DNA of 32,000 nucleotides, from NCBI RefSeq assembly GCF_900167395.1, contig NZ_FUWK01000012.1, forward strand, positions 24,146 to 56,145, in the 5' to 3' direction. The notes beneath the pieces are model-generated. The model was not told the origin of the DNA. It did no database searches and saw only the letters and a list, made by a program, of their open reading frames with translations. The translations under genes were made by a program, and so were the position numbers. Shown one piece after another: positions 20,270-29,955 of this stretch; the stretch's first letter is position 1; every line of letters begins with the position of its first letter. This DNA comes from Nitrosomonas europaea. GTDB lineage: Bacteria; Pseudomonadota; Gammaproteobacteria; Burkholderiales; Nitrosomonadaceae.

Positions 20270-22204
20270 ATGGCAAAAATAATTGGCATCGACCTTGGGA
20301 CTACCAACTCATGCGTTGCCGTCATGGAAGGCAACAAACCCAAGGTCATTGAAAATGCTGAAGGTGCAAGGACGACGCCGTCGATTGTCGCCTATGCGGA
20401 AGACAATGAAATTCTGGTAGGGGCATCGGCCAAGCGTCAGGCAGTCACCAATCCGGAAAATACCCTGTTTGCGATCAAACGGTTGATTGGCCGTCGTTTC
20501 GATGAAGAAGTGGTGCAAAAGGATATCAGTGTAACGCCCTACAAAATCGTGCGTGCCGATAACAACGATGCATGGATAGAAGCACGCGGAAGGAAAATCG
20601 CACCGCCGGAGGTTTCTGCACAGGTGCTGATAAAAATGAAAAAAACGGCTGAAGATTATCTGGGTGAGCCGGTTACAGAAGCCGTCATCACCGTTCCAGC
20701 GTATTTCAACGATTCTCAGCGTCAGGCTACCAAGGATGCAGGCCGTATCGCAGGGCTGGAAGTCAAACGTATCATCAATGAACCAACTGCTGCCGCACTT
20801 GCATTCGGTTTAGATAAGAAGGAAGGTGATCGCAAAATTGCGGTATACGATCTGGGCGGAGGTACGTTTGATATTTCGATCATCGAAATCGCAGAAGTCG
20901 AAGGCGAACACCAGTTCGAAGTGCTGGCAACCAATGGTGACACTTTCCTCGGCGGTGAGGATTTCGACTCCAGAGTGATCGAATATCTGGTGGATGAATT
21001 CAGGAAAGAGAGTGGTATCGATCTGAAAAAAGATATGCTGGCATTGCAACGGCTCAAAGATGCAGCGGAAAAAGCCAAAATCGAGCTGTCATCCAGCCAA
21101 CAGACCGAAGTGAATCTACCCTATATCACGGCAGATGCATCAGGCCCAAAACACCTGGCTGTCAAGATCACCCGTGCCAAGCTGGAGAGTCTGGTCGAAG
21201 AACTGATCGAGCGTACTGCAGGCCCTTGCCGGACTGCGCTTAAAGATGCGGGTTTGTCGGTTTCTGACATCAATGACGTCATTCTGGTCGGTGGACAGAC
21301 CCGTATGCCGAAAGTCCAGGAGAAGGTCAAGGAAATCTTCGGCAAAGAGCCGCGCAAAGATGTCAATCCTGACGAGGCAGTTGCCATCGGTGCTGCGATC
21401 CAGGGCGGGGTGCTGAAAGGAGATGTCAAGGATGTGCTGCTGCTGGATGTGACTCCACTGTCGTTGGGAATCGAAACACTGGGTGGCGTCATGACCAAGT
21501 TGATCCAGAAGAACACCACCATTCCGACCAAGGCGCAGCAGGTGTTCTCGACAGCGGACGATAACCAGACAGCGGTGACCATTCACGTATTGCAGGGTGA
21601 GCGGGAAGTGGCCTCCGGCAATAAAAGTCTAGGCCAGTTCAACCTGACCGATATTCCGTCAGCACCCCGCGGAATGCCTCAGATCGAGGTGATTTTCGAT
21701 ATCGATGCCAACGGTATTCTGCATGTTTCAGCTAAAGACAAGGCAACCGGCAAGGAAAACAAGATCAAGATCCAGGCAAGCTCCGGGCTGTCTGAAGATG
21801 AAATCCAGAAAATGGTAAAAGATGCCGAAGCGCATGCGGAAGAAGACAAAAAAGCACTGGATCTGGTCAACAGTCGTAACCAGTGTGACGCCATGATTCA
21901 TTCAGTCAGAAAATCACTGGCTGAATACGGTGACAAACTGGAAGGGGATGAAAAATCCAGAATCGAGGCAGCGTTGAAAGAGGCCGAGGAAGCACTCAAA
22001 TCCGGCGATAAACAGACGATCGATGCCAAAACCCAGGCGTTGACCGAAGCTTCGCATAAACTGGCTGAGAAGATGTACGCCCAGGAGCAGGCGCAGGCTG
22101 GTCAGCAGGCAGGTGCCGGGACTGCATCCGATCAGTCTCAGGATAAGCCGGTTGAAGGCGAAGTCGTCGATGCCGAATTCGAGGAAGTCAAAGATAAAAA
22201 ATGA
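20270..22204 (+). CDS. dnaK: Molecular chaperone DnaK (Hsp70)
   Basis: 644-aa ORF with [36 protein letters not shown] and a C-terminal EEV-type acidic tail. Confidence 0.98.
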   Translation: MAKIIGIDLGTTNSCVAVMEGNKPKVIENAEGARTTPSIVAYAEDNEILVGASAKRQAVTNPENTLFAIKRLIGRRFDEEVVQKDISVTPYKIVRADNNDAWIEARGRKIAPPEVSAQVLIKMKKTAEDYLGEPVTEAVITVPAYFNDSQRQATKDAGRIAGLEVKRIINEPTAAALAFGLDKKEGDRKIAVYDLGGGTFDISIIEIAEVEGEHQFEVLATNGDTFLGGEDFDSRVIEYLVDEFRKESGIDLKKDMLALQRLKDAAEKAKIELSSSQQTEVNLPYITADASGPKHLAVKITRAKLESLVEELIERTAGPCRTALKDAGLSVSDINDVILVGGQTRMPKVQEKVKEIFGKEPRKDVNPDEAVAIGAAIQGGVLKGDVKDVLLLDVTPLSLGIETLGGVMTKLIQKNTTIPTKAQQVFSTADDNQTAVTIHVLQGEREVASGNKSLGQFNLTDIPSAPRGMPQIEVIFDIDANGILHVSAKDKATGKENKIKIQASSGLSEDEIQKMVKDAEAHAEEDKKALDLVNSRNQCDAMIHSVRKSLAEYGDKLEGDEKSRIEAALKEAEEALKSGDKQTIDAKTQALTEASHKLAEKMYAQEQAQAGQQAGAGTASDQSQDKPVEGEVVDAEFEEVKDKK

Positions 22205-22263
22205 TTCCCCGGATCGCAGGTCTGGTTGCGGCATAAGCTGACCACCCTGCCGAAAGAAAAATA

Positions 22264-22310
22264 AACGCAGAGGAAAAGGGGAGAAAAGTTCTTCTCTTTG
22301 CCTCTGCGTT
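22264..22310 (+). terminator. Long hairpin in the dnaK-dnaJ spacer (attenuator, partial terminator or mRNA-stabilising structure)
   Basis: AACGCAGAGG (22264-22273) pairs perfectly with CCTCTGCGTT (22301-22310). The 27-nt loop contains a second small pairing, GAGAA/TTCTC. It starts 60 nt after the dnaK stop. No clear U-tract follows. Confidence 0.45.
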
Positions 22311-22407
22311 ATACGTTTAACACTGTAAATTTGGCCAGAGTGGGCCGGGTAACCCGGACAACGAATGCCAGAAGTATCCGGGTAATTTCTACCAGCGGGA
22401 ATTTTTT

Positions 22408-23517
22408 ATGAGTCAGAGTGATTATTATGAAGTGCTCGGTGTAGGCCGGGATGCGGATGAGAACGAGCTGAAAAAGGCATACCGGAAACTGGCGATGAAA
22501 TATCATCCCGACCGGAACGCCGGTGATACCAAGGCGGAGGAACGATTCAAGAACATCAAAGAAGCTTATGAAATCCTGTCCGATCCGAATAAACGGGCTG
22601 CCTACGATCAGTTTGGCCACGCTGGTTTGAATGGCGGGATGGGCGGGGCGGGTGCACAGGGATTCAGTGATGCCTTCAGCGATATTTTCAGCGATCTTTT
22701 CGGAATGCGTGGAGGAGGACGCTCCAGTGTTCATCGCGGAGCCGATCTGCGCTATAACCTGGAAATTACACTGGAACAGGCAGCCCGTGGTGCCGAAACC
22801 CAGATTCGTATCCCCAGGCAGGAAGTGTGTGATACCTGTCATGGCAGTGGTGCAAAACCTGGTACTTCTCCTAAAACCTGTCCTACTTGTAATGGGCATG
22901 GTCAGATTCGCATGCAACAAGGCTTTTTCTCGATTCAGCAGACCTGTTCACATTGTCAGGGTAGCGGTAAGGTCGTCTCAGACCCTTGCGGGGATTGTCA
23001 TGGGGCGGGATGGGTCAAACGCCAGAAAACACTGTCAGTCAGGATTCCTGCTGGTGTGGATGAAGGCGACAGCATCCGGCTGACAGGAGAAGGTGAAGCA
23101 GGAGCAAATGGCGGGCAGGCTGGCGATCTGTATATCGTCATTCATCTTGCCAGCCATCCGGTCTTTCAGAGGGAAGGCAATCATTTACATTGCGAAATAC
23201 CGATCAGTTTTACAGTAGCCGCTTTGGGTGGAGAAATCGAAGTACCTACGCTCGATGGTCATGCCCGCATCAAGGTGCCGGCCGGAACCCAGACCGGAAA
23301 AATTTTCCGTTTGCGCAGCAAGGGAATAACCGGTGTACGCAACCAATCCACGGGTGATCTGCTTTGTCATGTTGCGGTGGAAACACCAGTCGATTTGACG
23401 GCGCGTCAGAAAGAGCTGCTGGAGGAATTCGAATCGATCAGCCAGAAAGATGGTTCACGTCACCATCCGCGTGCAAAATCCTGGATGGAAAAGGCACGTG
23501 AATTTTTCGCTGAATGA
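22408..23517 (+). CDS. dnaJ: Molecular chaperone DnaJ (Hsp40)
   Basis: 369-aa ORF with a J-domain containing YHPDRN, a G/F-rich linker, and four CxxCxGxG zinc-finger repeats ([32 protein letters not shown]). Confidence 0.97.
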   Translation: MSQSDYYEVLGVGRDADENELKKAYRKLAMKYHPDRNAGDTKAEERFKNIKEAYEILSDPNKRAAYDQFGHAGLNGGMGGAGAQGFSDAFSDIFSDLFGMRGGGRSSVHRGADLRYNLEITLEQAARGAETQIRIPRQEVCDTCHGSGAKPGTSPKTCPTCNGHGQIRMQQGFFSIQQTCSHCQGSGKVVSDPCGDCHGAGWVKRQKTLSVRIPAGVDEGDSIRLTGEGEAGANGGQAGDLYIVIHLASHPVFQREGNHLHCEIPISFTVAALGGEIEVPTLDGHARIKVPAGTQTGKIFRLRSKGITGVRNQSTGDLLCHVAVETPVDLTARQKELLEEFESISQKDGSRHHPRAKSWMEKAREFFAE

Positions 23518-23550
23518 CAGAGATATCTGTTTTATGGGGTGTATTGTGAT

Positions 23551-23636
23551 TTCTGCCCGGCGTTGCTCCGGGATATTGGAGTACAACGATAGCAAGAGCC
23601 GGTATTTCCGATTTTCATTGTGATGGCCGGGCAGAA
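23551..23636. repeat. 11-bp GC-rich inverted repeat between the convergent dnaJ and mscK-like genes
   Basis: TTCTGCCCGGC (23551-23561) and GCCGGGCAGAA (23626-23636) are perfect reverse complements separated by 64 nt. Each arm is preceded by ATTGTGAT. It may be a bidirectional terminator or a small palindromic element. Confidence 0.5.
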
Positions 23637-23659
23637 CTTGTTTACCTGTGTCAATAGGT

Positions 23660-26600
23660 TTATGGTGATACAAGGTCGATTCCTTCCTCTGCAAAACGAC
23701 GGTTGATTTCCAGATGCAGTTGATGGGTGAGTTTTACCCTGTCCGAGATCTGGCCAACGAAAACCCGTAGTTCGAAGTTCAAAGCATTACTGCCAAATTC
23801 CAGAAATAGCGCTGCGGGTTCCGGGTCACGCAAAACCATGGGATTATTTTTTGCAATTTCCAGCAATAGCGCACTGACCTTGTTACTATCTGAGCCGCGA
23901 GCAATACGTACAGGGATGATCAGGCGGGTAATCTGATCGCTCAATGTCCAGTTGGTCAACTGCTGGGTGATGAATATCTTGTTGGGTACCACGATTTCCT
24001 TGCGGTCACTGTCGATCAGCGTGGTGGCACGAATATGGATTTTACTGACAGTGCCGCTGGTATTGTTCAGCGTAATCATGTCACCGATTCTGATAGGGCG
24101 CTCGAACAGCAGAATCAGGCCGGATACGAAATTGGCGAACACTTCCTGCAGACCGAATCCCAGCCCGACACTCAGCGCCGCTACCAGCCATTGTATATTT
24201 GACCATTCCATTCCCAGCTTCTGTAGCGTCACCATGATGCCGATGATCACAATCGAGTATTTGAGCAGCGTGGTAATGGCATAACCCGTGCCGGGATTGA
24301 GCGACAAATGTCGCAACACCAGCAGCTCGAGTGTACCAGGCAGATTGTGTGCGGCAATCATGGCCAAACTCAGGACAATGAGCGCAACCAGCAGGGTTTG
24401 CAATGTAATGGGCCGCATGATGACCTCACCATCGGTTTCCACTGATGTGCGCCAGATGGTGATTTTCTCCAGAAAACTGAGTGCAGGCAGTACATCGATC
24501 CAGATAAAACCAAGTCCGGTGATCAGCAATGCCCAGATGCTGATTTTTAATACAGTAGCCGACTGTTTGCTGATGGTTTTGACGTCGATATAGTTGTCAT
24601 CCAGCAGATCAGCCTCACTTTTGCCTGTCGTGATACGCTGAGCCAGTATCTCTTCCCGTTTCTCGACTGCGCGCTCAAATGCGATTCTGCGCTGGATGAT
24701 CAGCAGGCTGCGAAAGCTGATAAAAAAGGTCAGCGCACAGAATATGATCCAGCTTATCGACTGGAATACGAGCAGATACTGATAAATGGCAGCAAAATAG
24801 TAGCCAATGGCTGCCATGATGATCATGCCGATCTGTAACATAAACAGGAGCGTCATCCAGAATCGGGGATTGAGCATCAGATAGAATGATTCCCCCTGAT
24901 AAAGTGCTTTGCCAGAACGCGTGACTGCCATCCAGCCGAAAGCGAACACTGCGAGTACCAGGCATAACAGGATGAAAGTCAGCCGGCCAAAGCCGTTACG
25001 AACGAGATCATCATCCAGTGCATCGGTGAAGGCGATGATGATGCACAACAACGTTACGACAGGCGCAAAGCGTTTGATGTCCTGGTACATTTTGCTGACC
25101 AGTTTCTCAGAACACTTGAACTGCCCGATCAGCAGCCCTTCCGGATGAAACAGCAACAATATGAACGACCAGATAAAGGCGGCAATTGCTGCTACATGCA
25201 GGCTTACCGAGAATGCATGGTTGATTTCGGTATTGGTGCCGTAGCGCAGAATCACCGATGACAACTGGAAAGGCAGGTAAATACATCCTGATATCAGCAG
25301 TGTGGCCAGCAGCATGCCCATAGGGTATAACAGTCTGTCCTGATTGACCTTGCCCAGTAAACTGTTTCCGGTCCGGGTCCAGATGCGATAAACGGGCCAG
25401 TATGTATACCGGAAGATAATGAATATCAACCCAAATACCGCATAAACGATCAGGATATTTTTCCAGGCCGCATTGATTGCTTTTCCGGTCGCCGTCTGTG
25501 TTTTACGCGAGGTTAACCAGGTGATGGCATCCTGGATGTCCTGCACGACATCCAGAGAAATGGGTTCTGCGCTGCGCGTTACCAGCAGGTTCTCTTTCAG
25601 CAGCAATTTGTGCTGACTGATTTTTTCGATAAGCTGCTGCTGGATGGCGAGATGGAGTTGCAGTTCCTTGGTATAGCCATGCAGCACCTGGGTGAACTGA
25701 TCGATCATCTGCTCGCGAGATTGTTTCAGTTCATGGAACGCATTCATGATCTGCTGATAAGCAGAAGTGTCATTTGCCGGTATTTCCTCCCCATTCATGA
25801 TCTGCTTGAAATAGCCGGTCTCGTTCAGCATTTGCAACTTTTCCTGTTCGAGGCGGAACAGATCCAGTCTGGCGCTGCTCAAGTCTTTTTCGGTTTGTGC
25901 TATGGCTGGCTCGACCATGATTTCCTTGAACTGCTTTCTGACTTCTGTTCCCAGCGCAGTATCTTCTCCCTTGAGTTCGAGCCGTTGCTGCAGTGCGGCA
26001 TAGCTTTGTGTAATGAGAGCAAGGCGCTTTTCACTGCCGGTTTTCTGGTTGATCAACCGGGTTGAAAGTTCGGCATAGTTGCTTAGTTTCTTGGCCAGTG
26101 ACTGATTGTCTTGGGCATATTTCTCCAGCCCCGGATATTGCCATGCTTTCTCAACCAGTAATTGCTGGGATTTTTCGACTACCTGTTCGGTTTCAGCACG
26201 CTTTTGCCGGTTGATTTCTTCGGCGAGTAACTCGGTTTCCTGTTCCAGCGCCTGAATTTTGGGTTGTAGAGAGAGTTTTTCCTGGAGTGTGGTGATTTCT
26301 ATGGCATTGGGCAGTACCAGTGCTTCCAGTTCCAGCATGCGCGTTTTGTCAGTCAGTGCCTGTAATTGTGCTTCCTGGTAGTTCTCCAGCGCAGCAAGTA
26401 TTTTTTTGTCCGTCGTTTTGCGGGTTTCGGGAGAATTTTCCGTCAGTTCTGCTCGCAAAGTATTGATGGATGCCAGTTCTTCCCGTACGGTGACTGCACG
26501 TTGCCGCAGTTTGGAGATCTCGGTCGTCAGTTTCTGCTGCTGATTCTGCAGATCCGAGAGAGTGGCCTGGGTGGTGACATAACGTCGTTCCAGTTCTTCC

Positions 26601-26932
26601 GGAGATAATTTGGTCAGTTTTTCCGGATCAACTGTAGTAATAGTAGGAGGGGCGCTTTTTTTCAGACTTTCCAGTTGTTTAGGATATTTTTCCAACTGCT
26701 GGGAATAATTTGCTGTTTTCTTCAGGTATTCCTGGTGGTCGAGCAATACCTGCTGGTGATCATTGAAAATTTCCCGCAGACGCTTTTTCTGGGGTGTTTC
26801 TTCACCTTTGTTCAGCGATTCGAGTTTGGCCTGAATCGCCTGGAGTTCCTCATCCAGCTCGCTGGCATGACTCGATCCCATGCTCATCACGACCAGTACA
26901 GTGAAAACAATGATGCGAATCAATCCGTTCAT
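23660..26932 (-). CDS. MscK/KefA-type large mechanosensitive channel (MscS family)
   Basis: 1090-aa ORF with a signal peptide, a ~470-aa Q/E/L-rich coiled-coil periplasmic region, about 11 TM helices, and a C-terminal MscS domain (FANFVSGLILLFERPIRIGDMITL...GTV..I..R.T). Confidence 0.88.
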   Translation of the reverse strand: MNGLIRIIVFTVLVVMSMGSSHASELDEELQAIQAKLESLNKGEETPQKKRLREIFNDHQQVLLDHQEYLKKTANYSQQLEKYPKQLESLKKSAPPTITTVDPEKLTKLSPEELERRYVTTQATLSDLQNQQQKLTTEISKLRQRAVTVREELASINTLRAELTENSPETRKTTDKKILAALENYQEAQLQALTDKTRMLELEALVLPNAIEITTLQEKLSLQPKIQALEQETELLAEEINRQKRAETEQVVEKSQQLLVEKAWQYPGLEKYAQDNQSLAKKLSNYAELSTRLINQKTGSEKRLALITQSYAALQQRLELKGEDTALGTEVRKQFKEIMVEPAIAQTEKDLSSARLDLFRLEQEKLQMLNETGYFKQIMNGEEIPANDTSAYQQIMNAFHELKQSREQMIDQFTQVLHGYTKELQLHLAIQQQLIEKISQHKLLLKENLLVTRSAEPISLDVVQDIQDAITWLTSRKTQTATGKAINAAWKNILIVYAVFGLIFIIFRYTYWPVYRIWTRTGNSLLGKVNQDRLLYPMGMLLATLLISGCIYLPFQLSSVILRYGTNTEINHAFSVSLHVAAIAAFIWSFILLLFHPEGLLIGQFKCSEKLVSKMYQDIKRFAPVVTLLCIIIAFTDALDDDLVRNGFGRLTFILLCLVLAVFAFGWMAVTRSGKALYQGESFYLMLNPRFWMTLLFMLQIGMIIMAAIGYYFAAIYQYLLVFQSISWIIFCALTFFISFRSLLIIQRRIAFERAVEKREEILAQRITTGKSEADLLDDNYIDVKTISKQSATVLKISIWALLITGLGFIWIDVLPALSFLEKITIWRTSVETDGEVIMRPITLQTLLVALIVLSLAMIAAHNLPGTLELLVLRHLSLNPGTGYAITTLLKYSIVIIGIMVTLQKLGMEWSNIQWLVAALSVGLGFGLQEVFANFVSGLILLFERPIRIGDMITLNNTSGTVSKIHIRATTLIDSDRKEIVVPNKIFITQQLTNWTLSDQITRLIIPVRIARGSDSNKVSALLLEIAKNNPMVLRDPEPAALFLEFGSNALNFELRVFVGQISDRVKLTHQLHLEINRRFAEEGIDLVSP

Positions 26933-27276
26933 GTAATAGTTGGGCTTATGTGTCAGGTTTGTGACAAAAATTCATCAGACTGATTTCTTCTGATCAGTTG
27001 CTGAAGTTTAGGTTCTTTTGCTGCAGGAGAGTAATTTCAAGCCCCATGTTTTTTGACAGGGCATTCCGGGTTGCGGATTCCGATGATACCAACTTATGGC
27101 CAAACAGTATCTGGAAGGGCAGGAATCCTATTTCCGGGTATTGCCGGATAACACATCAGAATCAGCCGGTGTCTTGCTCGGCAATACTGGCCGGAGCTAT
27201 GGAGGCTGGAATTTAACAGTCAACTGCTCGATTCGAAGGTAGATATATGACCTGATATTTGACCAGGAGTACAAAT

Positions 27277-27864
27277 TTATTGAGCGTTGCGCAGAATATC
27301 CCCCGCAGCCAGTTTGCCTATATGGGCAATTTCACTGTTGGCGGTAACCATGGCTGTTACAATCGTGCCATCGATCAGCAGGTTCAGTTTTTCCGTGACC
27401 ATTTCAGGATTCTGTGCACCACTTGCTGCTACCATTGCCTGAAGCTTGGCAGTGATTTTCTCTCTGTGGCTGTTGGCGACTTCCTGTATCCAGCCATTGC
27501 TCTTTTCATGTTCGGCGACGGCATTGATGAATACACAGCCGTAAAAATTTTTACTGTCGAACCAGTCACGCATTAAATCGAACAGTGCCAGAATACGCTC
27601 GGTTGGTGAGCATTCCATTTGTGGGAGATCACAGTCGAACCAGCGAAACCATATATTTGCCTCCGCCTCAAATACGGCCTTGAGCAGATTCTCCTTCGAA
27701 CCGTAGTGGGTATAGAGGCTGCGCCGGGATACACCGGATTCCTCGATGATTCTTGCGATTCCTGTAGCATGAATGCCCACCTGACAGAACAGGCGACGTG
27801 CCGTTTGCAGGATTTTTTCCTCAACTGAAATTTTTTCGGCCATGGTTGTCAGCATAATTGGCAA
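27277..27864 (-). CDS. TetR/AcrR family transcriptional regulator
   Basis: HTH region ILQTARRLFCQVGIHATGIARIIEESGVSRRSLYTHYGSKENLL. The maximal ORF starts at TTG 27864, with alternative ATGs at 27855 and 27843. No clear SD precedes any of them. Confidence 0.85.
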   Translation of the reverse strand: MPIMLTTMAEKISVEEKILQTARRLFCQVGIHATGIARIIEESGVSRRSLYTHYGSKENLLKAVFEAEANIWFRWFDCDLPQMECSPTERILALFDLMRDWFDSKNFYGCVFINAVAEHEKSNGWIQEVANSHREKITAKLQAMVAASGAQNPEMVTEKLNLLIDGTIVTAMVTANSEIAHIGKLAAGDILRNAQ

Positions 27865-27942
27865 GGCGGGTGTTTACTGCCGGAGCAGTCAATCAGTGCT
27901 TTACCGGGCAATGGGGGTAACAGAAAGATTTCCACAGATTCT

Positions 27943-29127
27943 TTATTTTGCTCTCAGTTGTTTATCAAGTTTTCTGGCAATTCTACCGGCTTCCAGTCGG
28001 ATTTCACGCAATTGGCCACTGAGCGGATTGATCTGCCCAATGAAATAAAGGCGCGGCGCTCCTTTGAATTCCTGATCACCTGAAATTTTTGATCTGCCTT
28101 TCTCATCCGTAATGCCGGGTACCTGGATCAGTTCGGGAAAACCAGTGCGGAATCCGGTTCCCGCGACGATGATATCAGGCTGCAGAGTTGTGGTGGCCTG
28201 GTCACCGTTCAGTGCGCTTTCAACCGTGCTGAGTACTTCTACTGTTCCGCCTGATATTTTCTGCACCGGACCGACGATTTTGATGCGGCCGCTGCGGACA
28301 TCGTCGATAAAAGGACCATAAAGAATCGGTACTACATTATTGATGGCGTACTGTTTCGACATTGATATAGTGGGGGAGGGTAATCCGTAAACGGACAGGT
28401 CACCGATCATGGTACGCCGCAAAAAATTGAGCAGACCGTCTACCAGTGCCCTCGGCAGGTATCTCGTCCATACTCCGATCCCAATGAGGGGTATGCCGTA
28501 AATACTTTTGGGCAGGATTTGGGGGGGCGTTCTGACGGACATGGTTACTGAATCGGCATATTTCGCCAGTCTGCTGGCAATTTCGGCAGCTGAATTGCCA
28601 CTGCCGACTACCAGCACATGTTTGCCTGCATAATCCTGGGCGCTCTTGAATTGTGAGGAATGGATGATTGTTCCGGTGAAGGTATTTTTACCTTCCCATT
28701 CAGGAATGATCGGGATGCGATTGGCGCCTGCTGCAATGACAACCGCGCGGGATTCAAACTGCCGATTATCGTTGCTCGTGATCAACCAGATATCACGTTC
28801 ACGGTCATGACTGACTTTTTCAACCTCGATACCAGTTTGTACCGTGAAACCTCCGCGTGCAGGAAAAGTTTCGAGCAGCGATACGACTTCATCACGTGAA
28901 GGCCATCCGCCGGCTGACAACGGGAATTTGCTGCCGGGTAAAGCCGAGAAAAAACGGCCCGAATTCAGGCGCAAGCCATCATAATGGTTCCGCCAGACAT
29001 CTCCTACTGCAGGAGTGCGTTCCAGCACCAGCGGGGTGAATCCTGTCCTGATCAATTCATACGCGGCCGACAGGCCAGCCGGACCGGCACCCACTATTGC
29101 CACATCATGGATATCGCTGGTTTTCAT
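27943..29127 (-). CDS. NAD(P)/FAD-dependent oxidoreductase, flavin-containing monooxygenase-like (CzcO/ArsO-like)
   Basis: 394-aa ORF with an FAD GxGxxG at the N-terminus (DVAIVGAGPAGLSAA) and a second dinucleotide motif (VLVVGSGNSAAEIA). GAGGAGA lies upstream of the ATG. Confidence 0.85.
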   Translation of the reverse strand: MKTSDIHDVAIVGAGPAGLSAAYELIRTGFTPLVLERTPAVGDVWRNHYDGLRLNSGRFFSALPGSKFPLSAGGWPSRDEVVSLLETFPARGGFTVQTGIEVEKVSHDRERDIWLITSNDNRQFESRAVVIAAGANRIPIIPEWEGKNTFTGTIIHSSQFKSAQDYAGKHVLVVGSGNSAAEIASRLAKYADSVTMSVRTPPQILPKSIYGIPLIGIGVWTRYLPRALVDGLLNFLRRTMIGDLSVYGLPSPTISMSKQYAINNVVPILYGPFIDDVRSGRIKIVGPVQKISGGTVEVLSTVESALNGDQATTTLQPDIIVAGTGFRTGFPELIQVPGITDEKGRSKISGDQEFKGAPRLYFIGQINPLSGQLREIRLEAGRIARKLDKQLRAK

Positions 29128-29189
29128 CTTTTATCTCCTCACGATTTCAATCAGAAAAGCGTTGCAGGCACGTGGATCGCCGGGTGTAT

Positions 29190-29732
29190 TCATTTCAGCT
29201 GGTGACGGATCTCGATATTGACCGGTACCGGGCGCATGATGGTATCCGGTATGGGGGCCATATGCTTCAATTTCTCCAGAAGTGCCGTTACTTGTTCCTG
29301 CGGTGCATCGGTCTGTATTTCAACGATCACACTGATATCCTCGAACCCGGGATTGCCAGGCTCTACTGCAAAAGCTGCACGAAAATTAACCCGTCCGGAA
29401 ACATGCACGTGAAGAGATTCGACATTGATGTGGGCGGCAGATAGTCCACCAATATAAGAAGCAGCCAGGCAGTGGCCGACAGCGGTCAGCAGAAGATCCT
29501 GCGGAGTGATTCCCATGCCTTCGCCCCCGTAGTGCACAGGTTCATCGCCGATAATTATCTGTCCATCAGTGACATTTGAGGTAGTGTGATAACCGCTATC
29601 CCATACAACCGTTGCCTGATACCGCGGTTTTGCAAGCTCACCGTCGCCTCCATCTCTGATCTGGTTCTGTATTGCAAAGGATTGCTTGATGTTGATTCCA
29701 TTGACAATCGTTTTGATATCCGGGGCAGCCAT
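29190..29732 (-). CDS. OsmC family protein (peroxiredoxin-like)
   Basis: Frame 29190..29753. The ATG at 29732 (MAAPDIK...) has GGAGA 8 nt upstream. The OsmC fold motif is GITPQDLLLTAVGHCLAASY. It lies 62 nt upstream of the monooxygenase gene on the same strand. Confidence 0.85.
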   Translation of the reverse strand: MAAPDIKTIVNGINIKQSFAIQNQIRDGGDGELAKPRYQATVVWDSGYHTTSNVTDGQIIIGDEPVHYGGEGMGITPQDLLLTAVGHCLAASYIGGLSAAHINVESLHVHVSGRVNFRAAFAVEPGNPGFEDISVIVEIQTDAPQEQVTALLEKLKHMAPIPDTIMRPVPVNIEIRHQLK

Positions 29733-29767
29733 TGTTAAATCTCCAGGTAGCATGTTGCAGTCAAAAA

Positions 29768-29793
29768 GCAGATCAAAAGCAGCAGATCAGAAG
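29768..29793. repeat. Tandem 12-mer direct repeat containing GATC, upstream of osmC
   Basis: GCAGATCAAAAG (29768-29779) and GCAGATCAGAAG (29782-29793) match at 11 of 12 positions with a 14-nt period. They lie 36-61 nt upstream of the osmC ATG on the opposite-strand coordinate. Confidence 0.4.
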
Positions 29794-29955
29794 TAGACTG
29801 TTCGTTCTCTTCTGGCCGGATGATATACCGTGAATAATCGAATGACAAGGCCGAAAAGATTGGTGGGAAGAACTGAACAAAGTCAGCAGAAGCTATAGTA
29901 GGCGGCCAGGTGTCGGGCCGCCAAAGGGCCGAGCAACAAAACACAAGGAGCAGAC

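Noticed and set aside
26998-27216. A 72-aa plus-strand ORF in the 344-nt tetR-mscK spacer, together with short palindromes around 26972-27000.
   Set aside because: It has no SD and is Cys/Arg/Phe-rich with no recognisable family. The palindromes are only 6 bp. The spacer is probably the promoter/leader of the channel gene.
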